64,000 nt of DNA, from NCBI GenBank assembly GCA_036172245.1, contig JAYWIR010000056.1, forward strand, positions 620,001-684,000, in the 5' to 3' direction. The notes under the pieces were generated by a model that worked only from the letters and a program-made list of their open reading frames with translations, was not told the origin of the DNA and did not search any database. Both the position numbers and the translations under genes were made by a program. Below are positions 36,527-47,600 of this stretch, one piece after another (within the stretch, counting starts at the first letter, position 1; the number at the start of each line of letters is the position of its first letter). This DNA comes from Raillietiella orientalis. Taxonomy: Eukaryota.

Positions 36527-39500
36527 ATGGATTGCACAAAGCAGCAGTTGCAGTTTCTGCCATTTCAGTTAGTAGTGGATCCAGAGTTTTGGATTAAGCT
36601 ACATGATCTCAAACTTGATGTTCTTAAATTGGAAGAAAGTTGCCTTCCTGTTATTGGATATTTCACATTTTCCAATAAACTTGAAACGATCGCTCCTCTG
36701 AATTTGGACAGCAATGCATTTTCCGAGTAAGGCAGGAGCCGGAGTTTCGCAACTCATGGTTTTCCAAAGTTTCATTCCTTAATTTAATGCAAATCGATTA
36801 CATGTTCCATACATTTTGCGTGTGTCAAAGTAGTTTTCACTAATTTTTCTGAAGTTCGCATCTTTTATAAGGTTACCGTGAACTGGGCTGTTGATTCGGT
36901 TTTTTCAAGCTGATTACCGATTATCGTTTTTATTCACTTCTGGAATAATAGTAGGAATGATTGTGTTAATTTTTTATAATTATACTTCATGATCTTCCTT
37001 ACTTCTATTTGAAACGCTGTGTTTAAACCGTATTGGCCTCATGCTAGGCATGCCCAAAGTTCTGCATGTGTATTATTCTTATATATACTTATATTTTGTT
37101 TTCTTCTTACCCTCTTGCAATACAGTTGTGACGTATAACCACCCATTCACATTGGAATGCATTTTAAGTGCATGTGATTGAATAATTTTAATGATATGAT
37201 GATCATGATATTAGTAAACAATATCTGTTTTCTCAGTATTTATATTCATATAAAAAAGGTAGAGGCCTCGAAAGATGTAAATCTGTTTAATTGGGTGTTG
37301 CTGTAAAGTTTTCTTCATCGAAATTTTCTTTCAGAGCTGCTGCTATACCGTGGAAGTCTGTCATCATTAAAGGTGATGTTCATATCAAAAACACTTTCGA
37401 TGGTTTGAAAAGTTGTGATAAGCAAGGATTATTAGACACTTATGGCAAGAGGATATGGAACCATATAATTAATGGTGAAGCTATTGAAAATCCTTCATTA
37501 TTAGACACTTTTGTTTTGCTTACCTATCCAGTAAGTGCATATTTCACAATGTCTTAGTAAACATATTGCAAACCCATTAAATATATTTGAATATTGAATT
37601 TTGGCATCAGCTCTAACTATCATGTGTATCCTGAAGGATTTAAAAAAATACAAGTATTATTTCTGGTGTGGCTATCCAGCCCTTATGAATCCTGATGGCA
37701 TGTATTTGATTTCCAATCCAACTTATCTTGAAGATAAAATTTCTAAAGAAATGGTGTGTTCACAGAAAACTTATAAGTTTCAGTGATCGTAATTTTCCAG
37801 ATTTCAGAAATTACCGTTTCTATTGAAAAATGCATAGATCAAATTGGAAATTATTTTGTCCTGGACTTGAAGTGTCCAAAAATTTGTATATATACACTGA
37901 AATATTTTATGGATTCTTATGCTAATGTTTCTTCGGAGTCTGTTTATTTCTGTTTTTTGGATTCTTCGGCTTCTGCAAAATTTCCAGGGTGGCTACTAAG
38001 AAATTATCTAATGCTAATATCCTATCACTGGTAAGTGGAGGAATTGGAATGTGCAGTGTATGTTGCAAGTATCATCATAGTTTTTTAGTCAAGTTTTAGA
38101 ATGCATTGATTTTGCTTCTTAATTTGTAATGGTTGTAAGAATAACTTTAATGAAACATCATGTTATTACAGGTATTATAATTTTCTTTTTTCTCCATATA
38201 AATGTGTTATAATTTTTCTTTTATTGAAAACTGTGCATAGATTTCACAACAAACAACTTTCAGTTTAATATGGCACTAGTTTCAGTTCGTGTATTTAGGA
38301 TGTTTATTTGTGTATCTTCAGAAGGCTGTATAATTTTGTGACTGTGAATAAGATGATCCTAGATTTTTGAAACCCATCACAGCCAAGTTTCGTTCTAGTT
38401 CCTAGTATTCTAAGTTTCAAGTTATTTCCTTTTTATCTTCCTTTTTTTTTTACCTGGCTTCTTTTTCCCAAATTATGTTTTTTTTCCCTATAAAATGAAG
38501 CAATGAAGTGTTGTTGAGTAACTGTGAACAATCAGTCACATTTATTTTTCAGTCATTCCATAAATTAACTCATAGAAATATCTGTAGAAGCTGCAGTCTG
38601 GAGTCTTGGTTTCATTTATTATAAATTTAGGAATTTTTTTATCTCATTCTTTTTTGCTGATTTCTTTAAAATGGTGATAACTTCGTTCCACACATTTATG
38701 CTGTACTAGCAATGGACTCCTGAGGGAACTCTGTTTTTATTGTTCTTGTTCTCACTAGTTAGGGTTCTCAGCTTTCCGCATATTAAGTAAATATAGTAGT
38801 TTCTTACATTCCGTTTTATATCGTTTCCTTTATATATTTATTACTTTTTTTTTCCCATTACATTTCATATTTCTTTCCTACCTAATCAGTTTCAATTTTC
38901 TTGCGGTTTTTAAAAGGTAATCATTAACATGCTTTAAAAAGCCTTGACTCCTATGAAGCCTTAAACAAATAACTGTTTCGTGATAATCATACTATATCAA
39001 AGATCCTGATGAAGTATGATCTCTGTTCTTGCATATTTTTAGCAACAGCAAAATGTAAATTACTGTGTACCCATTGGGTGCCTCCCTAAAATTTATTATG
39101 CATGTCCCTCTAAGGTAAAGTTGCTTCGGTTTTTTGGTCACGTGAATACAAATATTCTCCCAGAGAGATTCCCGCCATGTGCTCTTTTTTAATTCAGTTT
39201 CATGGAACTCCCTTTTCCTATATCTTCACAATCTCATTCAGAGCCACTCTTTGTGTGTTCTAGAGATTCATGGCAATTAAGTTTCGATTCAGGAAAATTT
39301 ATGGTTTACTCAATTGAGTTATTAATATTCTTGATGCTCATCTGTGGTTCTCATTTTCGTTGCTTTCCATAACAGGGTTTGACATGGGAACCTTCTATGA
39401 AAATCTGGTAATTTACGACGTTGTGTATTTTCTTCCAGCATTTTGTTTATAATGCACTATTTAGGATAGTTTCATAGTTTCATCTCACTGATTATTTAGA

Positions 39501-41281
39501 TCACACAGGGTTGCAGTTACCGTACTTATACTCTGAATGTAGAATGTGTAAAAAAAAAATTGCGATAATCTCTACGTCAATTTTGCATTTATTTTCGATA
39601 GTTTTCCATTTTTTACTATCATTTTGATATGATTTTAGGTCACATATTTTCGCAAATATTCCTATAATATGTTTACGCCAGAAGTTTGTAAATGGTGTCA
39701 GTACATTTGGCTCCAGTTTAGTTTTCTGTGTGGATGCTACCAAGCCAAATGATGTTCCAAAAATTATTGGTTGGGAAAGAAATGAAAGAGGGAAATTTGG
39801 ACCAAGAATGGCTGATCTGAGTTCTATAATGGACCCTTGCAAGTACAATCTGACAATGGGGGCTTCAGTGAATAACAGCTTCTATCTTTTTTTCAAGACT
39901 TGCCCAGTCCGCAGTGGATCTCAATTTGAAATTGATGAAGTGGCGTATGGCACCACCTTTACAGCTGGAAACAATTTCAAATGCCAGATACCTGCTTCTT
40001 GGTGTTGGTACATTGGGCTGCAATGTTGCACGTTGCCTACTGGTTGTTTCTGAAGAGTAATGTCCTTGATGTTAATTTTTGTTACCAGGGTTGGGGTGCA
40101 CAATCTATTACATTAGTGGATAACAGTCATGTATCTTATTCGAATCCGGTTCGCCAGTCTTTGTACACATTTTCCCAGTGTCAAGGGCATAATCAAAACA
40201 AAGCATACGCTGCAGCCGAAACTTTAACCAGCATTCATCCTGGAGTGGTATGTATCCTGGCATCTATCTTCCTGATCTTCGGTAATGGACATTCTCATCA
40301 GAAAGTGAATCCCGAGAACTTAATGATTCCTATGCCTGGTCATTGTGCATCTGATTCATTCACCTCACATGTTCAGAAGGATGTGATCCGATTAGACAAA
40401 TTGGTGCAAGAGCATGATGTCATCTTCATCCTTCTTGATTCACGGGAAAGTCGTTGGTTGCCCACGTTATTGGGTGCAACTTATCAGAAAGTGAGTGGGA
40501 GTTTTCCTAATCAATCAGAAAATGACCTGTTTGAGTCCAGTTAGTTATTGATGCTGCACTGGGCTTTGATACATTTCTGGTGATGAGGCATGGCATGCGT
40601 GGAGTCACGAGTGGTGTGCAGAGGCCAGGTTCCCTCTTGGCAGAGAAGTTATCATGCTATTTTTGCAATGATGTGACAGCACCAGGAAATGTTGGTATTT
40701 CACTTGCATCGAAATTTCATTCTACTCTTCATTAAGTCCCTCAAAAACAAAGCGTTGGATCAACAGTGTACCATTGTACGACCAGGATTGGCATACATAG
40801 CAGCAGCCACAGCAGTCGAACTGTGCATGGCTGCATTGCAACATCCTGAAGGGTAATGCAGAGCAATTTACCTTCATTTCAACACAGCTTGTAGTGCACT
40901 TGCACCTGCTCTGCTGCCAAATAATGGTGCTTGTGAAACCAAAGGCTCCATCCTGGGAGAGGTTCCTCATTCCATTCGCGGATTTTTATCTTCATTCCAG
41001 CAGACTCTGCTCACCTGCCAGGCATTTGAAAAATGCATAGGGTGTTCATCCAAAGTACAGTATCTGTTTTTTCGAACCTTGCCTCTGAAACGTTGGTTTA
41101 GATCATTTCAGCGTACAAGGACGACGGTATCCATTTTTTATCGAAAGTGTTCGACAATTCTGCATATCTGGAAGAATTGAGTGGCCTGAAACAGTTGCAG
41201 CAGGAAAGTGAAAGAGCAGAAGTTAGTAAAGTTGTAGAACTGTGTTCCATGATTCCGTATTGGAATCAGGAAGTTTGGTGA
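36527..41281 (+). CDS. ATG7: Ubiquitin-like modifier-activating enzyme ATG7, ~665 aa
   Basis: Thirteen exons: 36527-36726, 37335-37530, 37637-37753, 37801-38030, 39639-39842, 39898-40042, 40089-40247, 40302-40490, 40541-40690, 40737-40852, 40895-41054, 41102-41221, 41270-41281. Motifs [70 protein letters not shown] and catalytic LDQQCT. Confidence 0.96.
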
Positions 41282-42049
41282 AGTGGGTTTGTGTGCTGAA
41301 ACGTACGGGCGAAATCGAAAATCTGCCGAATGTACACACACACACGTCGGTGCGTGATTGGTGCGTCGGTACATCGTAGTTTGTTTGTACGTGGGTGTTC
41401 CTCCTGGGAATTAAACCGACGTCAAATCCACCGATCCCGGAATCGGGAAAAGTTTTACCAGCGTACTGGGGATGTGCGGGAACGTTATTGCTTGTGGATG
41501 CAGCACGTCGCAGTAAATATTACGATGTGTGGATGGTTGAGTGAAAGATGTTGCATGCGGATGTTTCTGAACAACAAATCACAACAGGGCGTGAACGAAG
41601 GTCGTGCCATCCTTTCAACCAGATGGGTCCGACGCGGTCCTGAATCCACGTGGGCCCTTTCATCGCTCCTTATCGGAGGGATCGCAGGATTATTGTTATT
41701 ATTTCCCAGCTGTTTGCTGTTCGATCAGTCCCCGAACTAAGTATCAAGCGAGCAAATTGGCAATTCGGTTTAATTTCATCGGAGTGCTGCTACTTTTTGT
41801 TTCGGTACTGTTTAGTGTTATTGCTTTTCAGATTTGGGCTTTTGGCTTCGGTGAGGAAGTTCAGTAAGCACCATGCGAGCAAAAGTTTCCTGGTAGAAGG
41901 AAACCGACTTGACTGCGCCTCTGCTAAGCTTCTGTGAAAGTCACGCCGCTCTCAATAAACCTTTTATTTTCGAGATGGTTATCATCACTTTTTTTTTTTT
42001 TTTTTTTTTACCCGTCTCTCGGTGAATTCGTATTTGTGCTTCACGAATT

Positions 42050-42500
42050 CTTTAAAGCTTTGACCATGAGAAATCGCGAGGGAAGTTCCGTGGTTCCATG
42101 TTCCAGCGTCAAAGACTGTTCGTGTAGTCGAAAATTTCCTGGACCGGAGTTCACGTGGCCCTCTGTGATTCGGCTGATGCACGGCAGCGGCGTAAAGATT
42201 TCCAGATGCCTCCATGGTGAACGCGCACGCCGCTCCCGCCTTTGGCAACCTACGACCCCGACCACCACCACCATCTCCTCCGTTGCTCTGTCTGCATGCA
42301 GATCCTTCAGCAGGCGCACGTTGCTGGCCGGAACGAGAGACCTCTTCTTCGCCGGGGAGGGAGGAGGCTGCGCCTCCCTTTCTGCCGGGTTCCTTGCGCA
42401 AGTTACGTATACGTACGCAGTCACGGGGCGTACACTCCCACTCGTATTCGTAGCGAGATCCGTGGCTGACACCGCTCTCGAGCCGCGCTCGGCCTTCGAT
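42050..42500 (-). mobile_element. Decayed APE-endonuclease/linker region of an L1/Tx1-like LINE
   Basis: Minus strand VYVTCARNPAERE (N+YAPN..ER-like) and GPGNFRLHEQSL (GPG.WKLN.SLL-like) occur in the correct order. Confidence 0.45.
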
Positions 42501-43499
42501 CGCGGGTTCCTTGCAAAAGTTCGTCGTTTCCATCACGACTGCCTCGCTTTCTGAAGGAGTGACCGCGGTGGCCCTTTCCATTAAACTTTAATTGCGTCCG
42601 CAGCCCTCTGCCTCATCGGAGGATCGATCTTCCAAGGATCGAGAAGCAGCAGCATCCTGTTTCGGCATCCCCGCAGTATGCGTTATCACCTCGGCAACGA
42701 GGGGAGCGGTCGCCACCGCATGGTCAGCTGTGGGTTGATGAACTGAACCGTGAAAGAGAGCCCGGCGATCCGGGGACACTCGCTGTTCCTGAGGTCCCGG
42801 AGTTCTCGAATTACCGCATGGCTAACAGCTCGCTTTTTCCCCGATACAAAAAAAGAGTTCGAGACGTTTCTTTTTCTTTTCTTTTTTCTTTTTTTTTTGG
42901 ACAACAAAAAAGGAAGAAAAAAAAAAATACGCCGGTGCGTTTGTTGTGATGCGAGATCGAATAAGCTCGCTTGTCGATTTGCGTGGAGAACCACAAAAGT
43001 TCACTGCATTGTGTGACGAGCAAACACCAGCACAAACAAGCAATTGTGATCATCTGCATGAACGGAAAATCGTGGGGCCTCGGCACAATGAAAGAGCTCC
43101 AGGAAGCGTCGGCGGGACGCGCGTAAGCGGAGGGCACGATTTTTGTGTCTTCACTCGCCTTGCACGGAAAGCCGACCATCATCGGAAGTGTTCTTGTCGA
43201 GCGTAAACCACAAACCCCTGAACTTCCAAGACTGGGGAACACGCTAGGGCTTCCCAAGTTGCTTTCCACCCTCAAGACCACCACCTCACGTACCACTCCG
43301 ACCCTCCCCTGGAAACTTGGGAATTTCCCCTTAAGACACACGCAAAATTGGGGAATGGGTCGTTGCTTTTCTTTTATCGCCTACCACCACAAGGGGTTGC
43401 CAACTGATGCTGCGACGGGATGCTTTTCTTCTGCGACTGCTTCCAGGGACCGCGGTAAGAGCACCGCGTTTTGTTTTCCGTGTGCGCCTGGGCGTCTGC

Positions 43500-43800
43500 C
43501 GCGTCGGCTCCCTTGGCAAAAACGGGCAATGCTTCAGCATTCCAGGATTCGGGGGATCCCCTTGCAGTCTTCCCCTCGGGATCTTGGAATCCGGGAATCG
43601 AGGCTTGCAAAAGCTGGTGCAGGATTTTTGCGAGCACCGGAATTTTTACCCCTTGTTCGCTGTGTGGGCTGCTGCCCGATGGGTTCAATCCGATCGTCAT
43701 GGCTTCGTAAGGAAGAGGGGCAGTTTCAAAGAAGAGCTGCTTCATCTTGAAGAAGTCCTCCGCTTCCGCCCTTTCGTCCATCACCACATCTCGGAACACC
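43500..43800 (+). mobile_element. Decayed non-LTR RT fragment (plus strand)
   Basis: SDRHGFVRKRGSFKEELLHLEEV resembles the Q.GFV.GRS..DN+..+ RT segment. Confidence 0.35.
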
Positions 43801-44674
43801 ACATGGGTAAGCGACAGCACGAATGGAATTCCTCTGCTCGAAATGGAGAGAGGAACTTCGCTTCGCCCCCCCCCCCCCCCCCCTTTTTTTTCTCGCTTCC
43901 GAGCGTGATTCCCGGAGGGAGAAGAGGGCCTTGCGTGTTGCTGCTCATGTGGACCCGCCGGGAGCCTACGGGGGCAGCACGGGCCCGGAACATGTACCGA
44001 CCACGGCATGCAACTGGACGACGGCTCCCTTTTCGGTGAATGGCAGCAGACTGGCACTGTTTTTGTTTTCTCCGTCCACTTCCGTCAACTGTTCGGGGTC
44101 CGGGAGTCGGAAAGCAACGCAAGGCGTTATCGCATTTCACGGGGGAAGAGGACGTCATCGCTCGCCGTTCGGGTGGTCACTCGCTTTCGCATTTCAGTCC
44201 CACCAGCACGGATGGATCCTTCCGAAAAATGTTTTGAATCGGCAAATCCACACGCATCTTCACTGGTCACGGACACCCACGTTTACGATCGTACACACCC
44301 ACGGCATCATCATCCCGTTTTATTACGTTTCGGATGGATGGTCAAAACACTTCCCATGCAGTGGGTTTGAAGAAGATGATGGAGTGTACGGTTACGTATA
44401 CACACGCTGGAGGAATCCATAAATTTTATCCCATTGTGTGCAATGGATTCATGCGGCACTAACGTAACGGGTTAGCACGTGAGGCTGAACTTTTTCCATG
44501 GGAGCTGCATAGCCACGCAACCACGGAAAAGAGATCAGGAAATAAATGGCAATGCTCAGACTTTACGGATGTCGACAAAACGTCCACTTTATGTCATTTA
44601 TGGTGTACACAAACGTTTCCTCGCATTGCAGCGCAACGGCCTCACAAAGGGGCGTTCGCCGGCAACGTGCTTCG

Positions 44675-47600
44675 TCATGTCAACACCAGACTGCTCTGGG
44701 AAGGAATATGCGACGTGGTTCTGGGCGAGGCCTCGGGATTCGGGTTCACCTCGGACAGCTTCTGGTTCTCCTGCAGCCGGATCCATGTGGGGCCGAGAGC
44801 CTTCAGGAAATGGTCATCAACTGGAAATCGCATGCTGCAGTGACGCGAAGGAAGGGAGGGGCCACGGCTTACCCGAAGTCCCGACAGGGTTACTAGTCGG
44901 GCTGCAAAAAAGATCCTGGTAGTCCTTCCCAAGAGATCTTCTGAAGTGTTCGTCAATGACCGGATCGTACGAACCTACGTGAGGGGGTCGGAAGAAAGGG
45001 AAAACATTTGAATAGGAAACAAGATTACCAGGCTGCGAGGCACGGAAATCGGGCCGGGATTTTTTTTTATGACTACGGCAGGCCCGGGGAGGGGAAGCAG
45101 CTCGACTACCGTACGTCAGAGGACGACTTTTGCTGATTCGAACTTTGGCTGCACTTTGAAGCGTGCTGCCACGCAGCGGGTGACCTCTCGCAACACGTCA
45201 AAGTGACCTCTCCACCCGTGATCCTCGCTCTCGCGCCGGGATCACGGGTGGATCTCGCAACACGGGAGGAAACGGCTGCTCGAAGTCGCGACCACCATCA
45301 CGACCACCACGGCGACCGCTGGCGCTATCACGACGTGCCGGTGGGTCACCTTGGCAACAAGCCTTTTCCCTCGGGATCGTATCTGCGACACATCACGTAT
45401 TCGGCAAGCCCGTATCTTTGCTGCCGCCGGCACCACTGTCGTTTTCGAGAGGGACAAGATCTCAGTGCGTGTGACGCGTGCGAAAAGAATGCGGTTTCAC
45501 CATCCCACGGCCAAGAAACTCAGATGGAGATAAAAGAAGCCACGGTGACTTCCAAACAAACAATTCCGTTCCGCGACCCACGTCTTCGTAACGTCAGTCC
45601 CCACAGGCTGGACGGGGGCTCGGAAGATCATCACATCGAGACTGCGAGACATGGATGGGGGGTTGGCTCCATGAGGACAGGAGCCGGACACGAGCTATCC
45701 GACGTGGGTTCTACAGCTCTCCCGCGCGCGAACATGGCGGCTGTCGGAGACGAACTTGACTGGTTCGTAGGCGTCCGCGCGTGTACAGTAACGCCGTGTA
45801 CGTCATTGTGCACACACGGTGGACAAGGGACGCATGCGACAGGCATGCGGTTCACCCGAAGCGACCCGGGGAAACGTCGAAAGATGGCAGCCTCGGACGC
45901 GGTCGGAGACTTTGCACGAAAACGCGGCATCATGCAGGCCTGGTGATGACTCGGTAGGGCAGCAGTCTGATCTATGCCTGCAGGCTACATCGGAGCAAAG
46001 TTCGGTACGGCGAAGGCGTCGGTTCATCCACGAAGCACCGCCCAGCAGTCAGGCGGGCACGTTCGGACGGACAGCCGGGATCTCGGTCGAAGAGTGCTGC
46101 TGCTTCAATGCCGAGGCGAGGAGCCGGGGGTACGGTTTCGTCCGTCCCCGTGTCCCACGCACCCTGGGAGACGAAAGAGGCGGCGGGCTGCGGAAACACC
46201 CCCCCCCCCCCCCCATCCCTCCCAAACGTGTGCGTGCACCTGAGCGCTGAGGGAATGCCTACCGGGGCCGCCTGGGGTGCGGCGCGCGCGCAGTGACGAA
46301 AGAGCGCGCCCCCAGGCTCGGGGTGCTGGCTGGTTGCCCCCCGTGCCCTCTCGGAAGGGCGACACCTGACCGGCGCAACCGGGGAAGTCGTCCAGCACGG
46401 GCGACAACCAGCATCCCCGACTCTCGGGAACCGTGGCGATGGTCCGCGAAAAGTCCGCAGGCGCGAAGCGAAGGCGCAACAGCGTTTCCTTTTTCGTGTT
46501 TTCACGACGAACAGCAAAGCAGCGGATGTACGCCACCGCAATCCGTGAAGTCTGAAAACACCCTCCGGCGATCGATCTGTTTATCCTCCCTTCGCTGCCC
46601 AAGGCTACATGAACTTCCCCGATTCGGGCACGGGCGAGCAGTAAACAAGCTCCCTGTTTCCATCTCCCACCCCATCCGGCGAAGATTCAACGACGACACA
46701 ACCACCGGAGGGAAAAGAGCTGCCGGCGTTTCAGGATGCGTTCCCGAGTGGAGCTGGACGGCACACCTTTGTGCGGAGGGAACACGGCCGGCCGGCCGGA
46801 GGCGTTCCGAAGGCATGCGACCACTGTCAAAGCAAGGCAACTCCTGCCTGGCCTTTGGATTCGCGCTCCCGACCCAAGCTTCCACTCCAAAATCCAACTC
46901 CCTGCCCGCACAAAGGACAGGCGGCGGCCTGCCTTCGGGGCGAGCCATCGCGCGCCCGAGGGAACGCCTGCAGTCGGTACGAAAGGCAACGAAAATACGT
47001 ACGGGGGGTGGTGACCCGCACGTAACGCCATGGCGCACCCCCACCACGCGTGCAGTGCGCTGGATGGCGTTGCACGGAGAGCCACTCCCCCCCCCCTCTC
47101 CTTTTTTTTTGCAAAAAAACAAAAAAAGTCCCCACGGCGCACGCGATTCGGAAAGCGGGAGGGACCGGACGCGTGTAATTACAAGCGCCCGTCTCCCCGG
47201 GAGTTCCCTCGGCGGTCACGCACTTGCCACGGCATATGGCATGCTGCAAAAACAACACCCTTGTGACCTGACACCAGACCTCGACCCAACGCGCTCAGAA
47301 AACGCCCGGTTTGTCTGGAAAGTGCGGGCGTCGGGAAGGCCCAAAGAGCTTGCGCAAGAGGCGTGGTCCAAGGCGGGAACCTGCACCCGTCCAGTCGAAA
47401 TCGGTGTCCCACGGAATTCAACCCCCTCCCCCTTCCCCCCCCCCCCCCCCCCCACTGGAAAGCAGCGCGATTTCGGCTTTGGCAGCAGCCCGTAGCGCGC
47501 TCGCCACCTGAGGTTGGCTGCCTGCCCTGCATGACGGCTGCACCGGTGCGACGCACTCGGCTTTCGATTTCATGCTCGCGAGGTCGAAAGCCAAAAAAAA

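Noticed and set aside
38340..38390. ATCACAGCC, a miR-2 family seed-like word in an ATG7 intron
   Set aside because: The complementary arm is too weak and the loop too long for a pre-miRNA.
10608..41281. Functional cluster of trafficking/autophagy genes (TGFBRAP1, GDI, ATG7)
   Set aside because: Different strands, multi-kb spacers and no shared elements seen; adjacency of housekeeping genes is unremarkable without synteny data.
46293..47495. 400-aa plus-strand ORF, and similar long ORFs at 52648-53805, 6828-7697 and 45203-45946
   Set aside because: Low-complexity R/G/P/A-rich translations that run through homopolymers in GC-rich DNA, with no recognisable domain; long open frames are expected by chance at this GC content.
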